From the NCBI GenBank assembly GCA_021798015.1, contig JAJZYP010000001.1:1-62335 (forward strand): 62,335 nucleotides of DNA. Reading direction: 5' to 3'. The DNA comes from a bacterium (GTDB taxonomy: Bacteria; SZUA-79; Acidulodesulfobacterales; Acidulodesulfobacteraceae). Made by a program: the position numbers and the translations under genes. This document shows, piece after piece, positions 32,948 to 41,846 of the stretch (the first letter of the stretch is position 1; the number at the start of each line of letters is the position of its first letter). The notes below the pieces were generated by a model. That model was not told the origin of the DNA. It ran no database searches and was given only the letters and a program-made list of their open reading frames with translations.

Positions 32948-34030
32948 TTATGTCTTTATCGTTCTAATAATGTCGTTATAAGAAACAAATAACAGCAGTA
33001 AAATTAACAGCGCAAAACCAACTTTAGCGGCAGTTTCCTGGAATGCAACGCTTAAAGGCTTCCTCTTAACCATTTCAACAACGGAGAATAATAAATGCCC
33101 CCCATCAAGAGCAGGGATCGGAAATAGATTTATAAGTCCTATATTCACGCTAATAAATGCTATAAAATAAAAAAAATCGGAAACACCCAGACTTGCAGCC
33201 CTTCCCGAAAGTTGAGCTATCATTATCGGTCCCCCTAAATCGCTTGCGGGAAGCCTGCCTATAATAAGATAAAAAAGGCTAATCACGGTTATATAAATAA
33301 TAAACCAAATTTCTTTAAGCGAGGAATACAAAGAGTTAAGCACCCCGCTATATTTATAATAAACGGCATTTTGTAAAGGATAGATACCGATAATATATCT
33401 TTTTATTTTTTGTCTAAGAATATTTAATCCCGAGATTGCCACAGGCTTTAATTTAATAAAATAACTTTTTTTACCTTCTTTAACACCAATGGTTATTGTA
33501 TTTTTACCGAATTTTTCTATATATTTAGATAAAGAACCCCATGATCTAATTTTTATTCCGTTGATACTGGTAATAACATCGCCTTTTTTAAGTCCCGCCC
33601 GTGCGGCTGGACGTCCTTTTATTACGTTGCCTATAACAGATTTTAAAACAGGTCTTCCCATCATAAAAATTATTGTGAAAATTATTAAGGCTAAAACAAA
33701 ATTAAAAAAGGGGCCGAAGAAAATAATTAAAAACTTTTTATATGGCGATAATTTGCTATATGAGCGCTTTTCATCCTCGGGAGATAATTCTTCGGACGGG
33801 TCTTCCCCTAAAAGTTTAACATACCCCCCAAGCGGAAGGGCTGAGATGACATATTCCGTTTCCCCCATCTTTTTGCCAAATATTTTTGGACCAAAGCCTA
33901 AAGAAAACTTCTCTACCTTTACTCCTAATTTTTTCGCGACAATAAAGTGTCCAAACTCATGTATTAAAACAATAATGCTAATAACAATGAGAAATGCAAC
34001 TATATCATAGAAAATTCCATTAATTATCAT
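32948..34030 (-). CDS. rseP: Site-2 zinc metalloprotease RseP (M50 family with a PDZ domain)
   Basis: 360 aa. Motifs HEFGHF and NLFPIPALDGGHL, with a PDZ-like segment (PAARAGLKKGDVITSINGIKI). Confidence 0.85.
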   Translation of the reverse strand: MIINGIFYDIVAFLIVISIIVLIHEFGHFIVAKKLGVKVEKFSLGFGPKIFGKKMGETEYVISALPLGGYVKLLGEDPSEELSPEDEKRSYSKLSPYKKFLIIFFGPFFNFVLALIIFTIIFMMGRPVLKSVIGNVIKGRPAARAGLKKGDVITSINGIKIRSWGSLSKYIEKFGKNTITIGVKEGKKSYFIKLKPVAISGLNILRQKIKRYIIGIYPLQNAVYYKYSGVLNSLYSSLKEIWFIIYITVISLFYLIIGRLPASDLGGPIMIAQLSGRAASLGVSDFFYFIAFISVNIGLINLFPIPALDGGHLLFSVVEMVKRKPLSVAFQETAAKVGFALLILLLLFVSYNDIIRTIKT

Positions 34031-34137
34031 ATATTTATTTTTATTTATAAAATTTTATGTGTTTTATTTATTTTATTATAGTTTTTTTTGCCGTAAAGTG
34101 CAATTATTTTTTAAATTTAAACGTCTTTTTATTGATT

Positions 34138-36567
34138 TCAACCCCTTAACGTAATCCCAAATCTGCTATTAAGCTCTTTTATGAGATTATCTCTTAATAA
34201 ATTAACTTCTTCCATAATTAATGTTCTATTATCGCTTATCGCATCATATCTTATCAGGAAGGATATTTTGCCTTCTTCTATTTGCTTACCTTTGTAAATA
34301 TCCATTAACCTAACATTTTTAATTAATCCCGAAAAGTCTTTTATATACTTTTCAATGCTCCCATATTCTATATTTGAATCCGCAATAATGGAAATATCCT
34401 GCTCTATTTCAGGATATTTAGACAACGGAATAAAAGTTTTCTTTAGCGATATAAATTCTTTAAGGCAATCAATATCGATATTAAAAACAAATGTCTTACA
34501 ATCTATCTTGAACTCTTCCAATATTTCCCGTTTTATTTCACCAAAAATACCCGCTCTTTTTTTTCCGATAAAAATTTCGGAAGATTTATAAGCGTCAAAT
34601 ATAGGACTATCTTCTATTTTTGAATAAACAATTTTTTTAAGACCCAATTCTTTAAATAAAAATCCGATTACGCCCTTACCTCCGTAAAATTCCGTTTCTT
34701 GTTTATCAAATTTTATTCCGCCGCATAACAATCCGCATAAAACATTTTGTTCCAAAACCGGATAATTATCAGCCGGTTCGTTTATATAAGTTTTGCCAAT
34801 TTCGAATATTTTTATGTTTTTATGTTTTTTTAAATTCTGAGATAAAACCCTCAAGCTATCGGGAATCAAACTTGTTCTAAAATATGTATAGTCTATTGAA
34901 ATCGGGTTTTTTAATTCCAGAATCTTATCTTTTTCCGTACCGGATATTTTTAACTCTTTTTCTCCAACCAATGATGGATTTATTACTTCTATAAAACCGT
35001 TATATCTGAGTAATTCTTTAATCAGTTTAGATGATTCGTAATTTATGTTTTTTTGCGGGGGGTATAAAATGCCGTACGGAATTGATGGTTTAATATTTTC
35101 ATAGCCGTGTATCCTGAGAACATCCTCGTAAATATTTACTTTGTCTGTTATATCATTTCTAAAATACGGAGGGACGGCTTCAAATATATCTTCATTTTTA
35201 TTAACTTTAGACCTGACATCGTTAACAATATATCCGAGCCTTGATAGAATAGTTAATACCTTGCTGTTTTCAAATGTCTCACCTGAAAATTCAAATAAAT
35301 CCTTGAATTTTACTGAATAACTTTTCGGTTTTTCCATTTCTTTAATGTCATACGCATAGCATTCGATATTTGCATGGGGGATATATTTTTTTAATAAATA
35401 TATAAATCTTTTAATCCCTAAAACGGAGACCAACGGATGCAGTCCCTTTTCAAACCTTGTCGAGGCATCGGTTCGAAGAGAAAGTCTTCTTGAAGTTTGT
35501 CTAATACTTGACATATCAAAGTTTGCGGATTCAACAACGATAGAATCCGAATTTTCATCTATTTCACTATTAAAAGACCCCATAATTCCTGCAAGAGCTA
35601 TTATTTTTTGTTCATCAGATATAACAATATCCCCGTTTATTAATTTTCTTTCTTTACCGTCAATCGTAAGAACAGATTCCCCCTCACATGCTAATCTAAC
35701 ATTTATTTGTTGCCCGTCCAGCTTTTTTTCATCGAAGGCATGCAATGGCTGAGAAGTCTCAAGCATTACAATATTTGTCAAATCTACAATATTGTTAATT
35801 GGTCTGATTCCGCTTTTTATTAGTTTGTTTTTAATACCCCGACTTGATTCATTTATCTTTATATTGCCAATTTTTACCACAATATAGGCGGGAATTAAAT
35901 CTCTATTTTTCACATTAACGGCTATTTTATCTTTTTGCGATACATAAAATTTTCCCGGAATAATTTCTATATCGTTATAAATCTTAGGTAAAATAATTTC
36001 TTTGTTAAGGATGGCGGATAACTCGTGTGCAAAACCCGATACTCCAAATAAATCCGGCCTATTAGGTTCAAGATCGAATTCTAAAACAGTGTCATCCAGT
36101 TCAAAAATGTCATACGCCGTTGTGCCGGTTTCCTCGAAAGGAAATTTTATAATGGACGGTATATTTAACTGAAACCCTAAATCTTTTTCAGAACAAAATG
36201 CTGCCTCGGAAATAATGCCAAAAATAGATTTATCCCTGATCTTTAATCCATCTTCGAAAACAGCACCTTTTGTTGCAATTAACGGTTTTTCTCCTATCTT
36301 AATATCAAGGCCGGCCTTCGTAAAAACCACCCTTTTTGTTCCGATAATTTTACCACCATAAACCTCGGCAATTCCAAACTTATCGTTTGCAGGGTGTTCA
36401 TTAATGGATTGTATTTCCCCGACTACGATATTCTTAAAGGATTTTTTTCGGAAATACGGTATTATTTTTTCAACCTCCATAGTTCGATTATTAAAAAGAT
36501 TTGCAATCTTTTCAGTATCTATACTAAAATCAATAAATTCTTTCAACCAATTTAAACTAACCTTCAA
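34138..36567 (-). CDS. pheT: Phenylalanyl-tRNA synthetase beta subunit
   Basis: 809 aa. N-terminus MKVSLNWLKEFI, followed by tRNA-binding, B3/4, B5 and FDX-ACB domain order. Confidence 0.9.
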   Translation of the reverse strand: MKVSLNWLKEFIDFSIDTEKIANLFNNRTMEVEKIIPYFRKKSFKNIVVGEIQSINEHPANDKFGIAEVYGGKIIGTKRVVFTKAGLDIKIGEKPLIATKGAVFEDGLKIRDKSIFGIISEAAFCSEKDLGFQLNIPSIIKFPFEETGTTAYDIFELDDTVLEFDLEPNRPDLFGVSGFAHELSAILNKEIILPKIYNDIEIIPGKFYVSQKDKIAVNVKNRDLIPAYIVVKIGNIKINESSRGIKNKLIKSGIRPINNIVDLTNIVMLETSQPLHAFDEKKLDGQQINVRLACEGESVLTIDGKERKLINGDIVISDEQKIIALAGIMGSFNSEIDENSDSIVVESANFDMSSIRQTSRRLSLRTDASTRFEKGLHPLVSVLGIKRFIYLLKKYIPHANIECYAYDIKEMEKPKSYSVKFKDLFEFSGETFENSKVLTILSRLGYIVNDVRSKVNKNEDIFEAVPPYFRNDITDKVNIYEDVLRIHGYENIKPSIPYGILYPPQKNINYESSKLIKELLRYNGFIEVINPSLVGEKELKISGTEKDKILELKNPISIDYTYFRTSLIPDSLRVLSQNLKKHKNIKIFEIGKTYINEPADNYPVLEQNVLCGLLCGGIKFDKQETEFYGGKGVIGFLFKELGLKKIVYSKIEDSPIFDAYKSSEIFIGKKRAGIFGEIKREILEEFKIDCKTFVFNIDIDCLKEFISLKKTFIPLSKYPEIEQDISIIADSNIEYGSIEKYIKDFSGLIKNVRLMDIYKGKQIEEGKISFLIRYDAISDNRTLIMEEVNLLRDNLIKELNSRFGITLRG

Positions 36568-36599
36568 TTACTTTAAACCCTCCTTAAAATAAAATTAAA

Positions 36600-37619
36600 C
36601 TAACCGAACAGTTCAGGCTGTATTAATAACGAACTGCCCATACCAGATTTTTCTTCATAAATGTCATTATATACGATTCTTAATTCATCCATAACCGCTG
36701 CTAAATCAAATGCGCCGTCTTTATCTAATTTTAATCCTATAACTCCGTTTTTTCTCAACAGCGATTTCAAACCCAAATTATCTTTCAAGTTCATAAGTCC
36801 TTTAGAATATTCAGGAATAAAAACAGGTCTTTTTTGCTTTAAAGAAAAATTGCAAGTTTTCATGGTTCCCCCCCTTACGGGAGATGATATAGCAAATGTT
36901 CCAAGACTTGAACCGCTCTGAAGCCTATCCCTTGCAATTAAATTTTTAGCGCTAATTTTTGAATACAACGGCAATTCGGAAACTATTGCTCCGTTGTGTA
37001 AAATAATTTCTTGATAAAGTTCCCTGTTTTCAGGCGGATATACTGATTCTAATAAACCTGACCCGACGTATGCAATCGTATAACCGTTATTTTTCAGCGC
37101 CGCCTTATGCGCAATAGTATCTATTCCCATGGCAAGACCACTTATTATAGAAAATCCGGATGAACAAAGTTGTTCAGTCAAATTTTGAGCTAAATTTAAT
37201 GAATAATCCGGTGGATTTCTTTGTCCGACAACCGCAGCCGCAAATTTTAAATTTTCCTTCAAAACCCCTTTATAGTACAAAATTACAGGTTTATCCCTTA
37301 TGAAATTTAAATTAAAAGGGTAAAGAGGTGAGTTATATGTTATAATTTTAACCCCATTTTTTGAAGCATCTTCAATTTCATTAATAGCCTCAAAAAATGC
37401 TGTCCTGACAATCCTTGTGTTCCTTAAAATTTCTATCTGTTCATCTTTTAATCCCGCTTTTAGAAAGTCGGATTTTGGGGCATCAAAAATATCACACGGA
37501 TTTTTAAATGTTTTTAATAAAAGAAAGATATGAATATTTTTTAATCCCTTAATTTTTTTTAATGCAAGGGTGCATATCAAATCATTCATTAAAATCCCCT
37601 TGCAATCTACCAGAATCAA
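36600..37619 (-). CDS. dprA: DNA processing protein DprA (Smf)
   Basis: 339 aa. The Rossmann-like DprA core has GQRNPPDYS and SGLAMGIDTIAHKAALKNNGYTIAYVGSGL...YPPENREL. The likely true start is Met11 (MNDLICTLAL) at 37589. Confidence 0.85.
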   Translation of the reverse strand: MILVDCKGILMNDLICTLALKKIKGLKNIHIFLLLKTFKNPCDIFDAPKSDFLKAGLKDEQIEILRNTRIVRTAFFEAINEIEDASKNGVKIITYNSPLYPFNLNFIRDKPVILYYKGVLKENLKFAAAVVGQRNPPDYSLNLAQNLTEQLCSSGFSIISGLAMGIDTIAHKAALKNNGYTIAYVGSGLLESVYPPENRELYQEIILHNGAIVSELPLYSKISAKNLIARDRLQSGSSLGTFAISSPVRGGTMKTCNFSLKQKRPVFIPEYSKGLMNLKDNLGLKSLLRKNGVIGLKLDKDGAFDLAAVMDELRIVYNDIYEEKSGMGSSLLIQPELFG

Positions 37620-38172
37620 ATAACGTTTTTCCTAAAAATAACCCTATAACCGAATTTGCCCCTTTTTTTAATAAGGATTGTTTTATTAGTCTAAATGTTG
37701 TCCCCGTAGTAATAATATCGTCAAATAGAATAATATTTTTGGTTTTAAATTCACTTTTGTTTTTTACTAATATAGAACTTATGAAACTCTTTTTGCATTT
37801 TGTTCCGACTATATGGTTAGGTTTATGCCCTTTAACGCAAATTATTCCGTCTTTTAAATAACCAATTAAGCCCATCTTGGTTAAATATGAACAAACTATA
37901 CTGTTTGGATAAGAGTCAAGATAAGAACTGCTTGGCGGCACAGGTAAAATTAAATCGTATGGATAAAAGTAATAATAAATAATGTTGCTTAAAAGTCCTG
38001 CAAAAAATGATATTATTTTATAATCTCCCTTTTTGTATCTTAATATTAATTCGGAATATTCATCTAAAGAGGGAAGGGGATTTTTTATATTTTTGGGAAT
38101 ATAATTTCTTATATAAAAATATTCCCCGTTTTCTCCTACATTTATATTATTTTTTAAAATTCTGCTTTGCAT
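37582..38172 (-). CDS. comFC: ComF-family phosphoribosyltransferase-domain protein (ComFC-like) without the usual N-terminal Cys4 zinc finger
   Basis: 196 aa. It has the PRTase PRPP loop NIILFDDIITTGTT, the ComF-like LILPVPPSSS segment and ELILRYKKGDY. No CxxC pairs occur in the N-terminus. It overlaps dprA. Confidence 0.65.
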   Translation of the reverse strand: MQSRILKNNINVGENGEYFYIRNYIPKNIKNPLPSLDEYSELILRYKKGDYKIISFFAGLLSNIIYYYFYPYDLILPVPPSSSYLDSYPNSIVCSYLTKMGLIGYLKDGIICVKGHKPNHIVGTKCKKSFISSILVKNKSEFKTKNIILFDDIITTGTTFRLIKQSLLKKGANSVIGLFLGKTLFDSGRLQGDFNE

Positions 38173-38217
38173 TTTGTTTAAGGTTATTAAAAATAAAAAA
38201 TATATACCGGTTTTATT

Positions 38218-40272
38218 ATGATAAATCTTTATTTTAAAAATTTCAATTTTAATCTATCAAACTTTATAGGAATTGCCATTTTTTCGGAAGATGAGAAAAA
38301 ATTATTTATAAAAAATCTTAAAAATCTGGGATTAGATTTCAATGTTATATCATTTATAACAATGAAGTCTTCTTTGCGTCTATGTAATAATAAAGTTTCC
38401 GGTCCGCTTAACTTCCCTTTAAAAGATATCGAGGAACTTTTCCCGTCAAGATTTATAATTTTAGAAGATTTGCTTGTGGAAAATCTGAGGGATGCCGTTT
38501 TATTTAATGCGATATGCGACTTTATTTTGCATAACAAAATTATTTTATGCCCTGTAATATCATCTACATTTGATTTACAAAGCATATATGATAATTTTAA
38601 TAAAGATTTTTATGAAGGTTTAATTATAGATATTTTTAAACTTCGTTTAAAATTCTTAACGGCTACAAGAATAATTTTCGATAAAAAAAATAAATTTGTT
38701 TCAACGATAACTTATATTATTAAAAAGATAAGCGCGTTGGGATTTAATTATATAGAAAATAAAAATGAGCCCTGCAATCCTTATTTAGAATTTATCAACA
38801 AAGATAATTTTATTATAATACTTAAAATCTATCCTTTAAAAAAAATTATTGCTTTAAGAGAAGAATTTATAAAAGGTTCTAAAATAGTTTTCAATATTTC
38901 ATTTAATGATATTTATTTTAATCCTGATGAAATAATTAATAAAATTAAGATATTTCCGTTAATTACTAAGGATATTAAAAATATTCGAATAAAAAGGGAG
39001 ATTACAAAATTTAAATGTGATAAATTAAGTAAAATTCAGGCTATTTCCATAAAAGAACTGGATTTAGCACATCTTGTCATAGCAGGGGCCGGTTCGGGAA
39101 AGACCAGACTGATTGTAAATAAATTTTTGTATCTTATAAATTTTATTTCTTCCGATGAAATTTTAATATTAACTTTTACGAATAATGCCGTGGAAGAAAT
39201 AAAAAATCGCATTAGATGTCAAATCTCGGGTGATAATGGTGATAATTTTAATATAAAAAAAATATTAAATATTATGACATATCACAGCTTTTTCTATTCT
39301 ATTATCAAGGAATACTACATCAAACTGGGATTTAAATCCATGCCGATAATAAAAGACGGCGTCTTTAAAAATATTGAAACCCAATTGAAAATCAGTGAAG
39401 CTCATTTTATATCTTATGACGACATAATTTTAAATATTTTAAAATTATTTAAAAATGAGGATGCGGTATATGATATTGCAAGCCGGTTTAAATATATTTT
39501 AGTCGATGAATATCAGGACTTGGATTTTTTAAGCGATATTATTATCAAAAAAATAGACGGCGGCAGAGGCGTTATAATGTATGCGGGGGATGACGATCAA
39601 TCTATTTATGGCTTTAACGGTGGCGATTCCACAAATCTTCTTTTCTTCGATTTATTTTACCCTTCGGGAAAGTTATTTATAATGCAATATAATTACAGGT
39701 CTAATTCAAAAATTATAGATTTCTGTAATTCGCTCCTTAATAATATAAGTTTTAGATTTCCTAAAAAAATGATTCAATATGAGAGTAAAAACATTTTATC
39801 CGATGAAAATCCTATCAATATTTTAAAATTTAAAAGTAAAAACGCGGAAGAAAGATTTATCATTGATCAATTTAATCTATATCTGGCAAATGGGAAAAAC
39901 ACAGCTATTCTTGTTAGAACACAAAAAGAAGAGGATAATTTTAAAAAAATTTTAAAAGAAACAAAGCCTGAAGCATTTATAAACTCAAAAAATTGGTTTA
40001 TTGGAACAATCCACAAAAGCAAAGGAATGGAATTCGATATCGTATTTATTGCAAATGTAGCTAACGGCAATATACCTCACTTAAAAAGTTTATCCAAAAC
40101 AAATGACAATACCAAAAATTTAAACCATCCATTTCGGTTTTTTTTAAATAGCGATATTAATGGGAAAAGCGCATATGGGGATGAAATTAAACTATTTTAT
40201 GTTGCAATTTCAAGGGCAAAGAAGAAAGTTTTCATAACATATTCCGGCGAAAAGTCCAAATTTTTGCAATAA
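38218..40272 (+). CDS. Compact UvrD/Rep-family SF1 helicase with an unassigned N-terminal domain of about 267 aa
   Basis: 684 aa. Helicase motifs from aa ~268 are: Walker A AGAGSGKT, Ia LTFTNNAVEE, II VDEYQD, III GDDDQSIYGFNG, IV YNYRSN, V/Va TIHKSKGMEFDIVF and VI YVAISRAKKK. Residues 1-267 show no motif I recognise. Confidence 0.8.
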   Translation: MINLYFKNFNFNLSNFIGIAIFSEDEKKLFIKNLKNLGLDFNVISFITMKSSLRLCNNKVSGPLNFPLKDIEELFPSRFIILEDLLVENLRDAVLFNAICDFILHNKIILCPVISSTFDLQSIYDNFNKDFYEGLIIDIFKLRLKFLTATRIIFDKKNKFVSTITYIIKKISALGFNYIENKNEPCNPYLEFINKDNFIIILKIYPLKKIIALREEFIKGSKIVFNISFNDIYFNPDEIINKIKIFPLITKDIKNIRIKREITKFKCDKLSKIQAISIKELDLAHLVIAGAGSGKTRLIVNKFLYLINFISSDEILILTFTNNAVEEIKNRIRCQISGDNGDNFNIKKILNIMTYHSFFYSIIKEYYIKLGFKSMPIIKDGVFKNIETQLKISEAHFISYDDIILNILKLFKNEDAVYDIASRFKYILVDEYQDLDFLSDIIIKKIDGGRGVIMYAGDDDQSIYGFNGGDSTNLLFFDLFYPSGKLFIMQYNYRSNSKIIDFCNSLLNNISFRFPKKMIQYESKNILSDENPINILKFKSKNAEERFIIDQFNLYLANGKNTAILVRTQKEEDNFKKILKETKPEAFINSKNWFIGTIHKSKGMEFDIVFIANVANGNIPHLKSLSKTNDNTKNLNHPFRFFLNSDINGKSAYGDEIKLFYVAISRAKKKVFITYSGEKSKFLQ

Positions 40273-40284
40273 GGGGGTTTTAAG

Positions 40285-41361
40285 TTAAAACTGGCTTAAT
40301 ACGTCTAAATTTCCCTGATAAAGAAACCTCAGGTCATTAATATTATATTTCAACATCACAATTCTATCGAATCCCATTCCAAAAGCAAACCCGCGATATT
40401 CGTTCGGGTCTATTTTGGCATATTTAAAGACATTGGGATGAACCATTCCACAGGGAATAACTTCTATCCAACCTGTATTTTTACAAATGCCGCATCCCCT
40501 GCCCCCGCAAAAAACACATTCTATATCTAAATCGAGACCCGGCTCAACAAATGGATAAAATGCAGGTCTAAATCTGGTTTTTTTTGCGCCCAAAAGATAT
40601 TTAACAGTTTCTTCTAAAATACCTTTTAGATCGGTTAATCTAACATTTTTATCTACAAAAAGTCCTTCCATCTGATTAAACATAAATAAATGTGTTGCGT
40701 CAACAGCCTCGTATCTGTAACACCTGCCAGGCGCTATTACCCTGAACGGAGGAGATTTTTTCTCCATTGTTCTAACCTGAACACTTGAGGTATGGGTTCG
40801 CGGAACTAAACCGTTTAAAAGATAAAAGGTATCCCAGACATCTCTTGCAGGATGATTGGATGGAATATTAAGGGCGTCAAAGTTATAATAAGTCGTTTCT
40901 ATTTCAGGACCTTCCGCTATTTCAAAGCCCATAGATGAAAAAAAATCAACCGCTTCTTCAAGAACTGCCGTAATAGGATGTTTATGGAATTTTTCGATAT
41001 AAGCGCCGGGAACGGTTAAATCTAATTTATGTTTTTTGGGCAGCCCTATTTTACCGGCTTCTAACAATTCATTTTTTTTATTTTGATAAAATACTTTGAT
41101 CTGCTTCTTGACTTCATTAGCTTTAGACCCTATATTCTTTTTTTCTTCGGGGCTTAAAGAATAAATTAAATGAAGTATTTCGGTAAGTTTGCCTTTTTTG
41201 CCGCAAAAAAATTTAAATCGATTTTCCAACCCGGATAAATCTCTCGCAGCCTTTAATTCATCTAATGCGTTTTCTAAAATTTCGCCGATTTTACTTAAAA
41301 ACGGGCTTTGCTGATTTGAATCCGCACCCTGCTTCGCACCGACCCCAATTCCATTATTCAT
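40285..41361 (-). CDS. pheS: Phenylalanyl-tRNA synthetase alpha subunit
   Basis: 358 aa. Motifs HPARDVWDTFY, RTHTSSVQVR, PGRCYRYE and FAFGMGFDRIVML. Confidence 0.95.
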   Translation of the reverse strand: MNNGIGVGAKQGADSNQQSPFLSKIGEILENALDELKAARDLSGLENRFKFFCGKKGKLTEILHLIYSLSPEEKKNIGSKANEVKKQIKVFYQNKKNELLEAGKIGLPKKHKLDLTVPGAYIEKFHKHPITAVLEEAVDFFSSMGFEIAEGPEIETTYYNFDALNIPSNHPARDVWDTFYLLNGLVPRTHTSSVQVRTMEKKSPPFRVIAPGRCYRYEAVDATHLFMFNQMEGLFVDKNVRLTDLKGILEETVKYLLGAKKTRFRPAFYPFVEPGLDLDIECVFCGGRGCGICKNTGWIEVIPCGMVHPNVFKYAKIDPNEYRGFAFGMGFDRIVMLKYNINDLRFLYQGNLDVLSQF

Positions 41362-41687
41362 AATAGCAATATTATTGTCCTAATTATTTTCCCAAGCAGC
41401 CTGCATTTCATTTAGTCATTCTTAATTCATGAAACATCTTTTTTTGGGAGGATGTTAAATTTAGGTTATAAATTACCTTAATGTTCAAGTTATCATAAAA
41501 TGTTAATATTGTAATAATATTTCCCGTTCTTTATAACAGCCATATTTTACCTGCCTTTTAAGGCTTTTTGACTATTATATCACCTATGTGAAAATTTAGC
41601 CATAAAAATGGATAAAATGGATAAAAAACGATATTATTTGATTAAATATGGAAGGACTTTAAAAACAGGAAAACCATATATATTTTG

Positions 41688-41775
41688 TGGTGCCGAGGGC
41701 CGGAATCGAACCGGCACGGAACTAAGTTCCGAGGGATTTTAAGTCCCTTGCGTCTACCATTTCCGCCACCCCGGC
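41688..41775 (-). tRNA. tRNA-Leu (anticodon UAA), type II with a long variable arm and an encoded CCA
   Basis: The minus strand reads GCCGGGGTGGCGGAAATGGTAGACGCAAGGGACTTAAAATCCCTCGGAACTTAGTTCCGTGCCGGTTCGATTCCGGCCCTCGGCACCA (88 nt). It has a 7-bp acceptor stem with one G:U, the anticodon loop CU-UAA-AA, a GGAAC/GUUCC variable stem and a GTTCGATTC T-loop. Confidence 0.9.
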
Positions 41776-41846
41776 ATTTTATTTAAAGCGCGGCGATTAA
41801 AAATATAATTTAGCAATTTATTATCGCGGCAAAAGTGTTTTTATCT

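Noticed and set aside
33489-34010. A 173-aa plus-strand ORF
   Set aside because: It lies entirely antisense to the well-supported rseP gene. Its composition is low-complexity (K/I/F/P-rich) and it has no motifs, so it is a shadow ORF.
38218-39018. A possible PD-(D/E)xK nuclease motif in the helicase N-terminal domain (for example ...YIENK... / ...DNFIIILKIY...)
   Set aside because: The residue spacing and identities do not convincingly match the motif, and the Lys/Asn/Ile-rich composition produces such patterns by chance. A structure or profile search is needed.
40277-40291. The palindrome GTTTTAA-G-TTAAAAC between the convergent helicase and pheS genes, considered as a bidirectional terminator
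   Set aside because: It is made only of A/T pairs with a single G:C closing pair, its loop is effectively too small, and it overlaps the pheS stop codon. It is not a credible intrinsic terminator.
41493-41543. A 16-codon mini-ORF (MAVIKNGKYYYNINIL) in the pheS leader, considered as a possible attenuation leader peptide
   Set aside because: It has no Phe codons, which a pheST attenuator would be expected to have. Its Shine-Dalgarno is weak, and I found no alternative terminator/antiterminator pairing.
41608-41742. A 44-codon plus-strand ORF starting in the AAAATGGAT tandem repeat
   Set aside because: It runs antisense into tRNA-Leu, is short and has no ribosome-binding site, so it is spurious.
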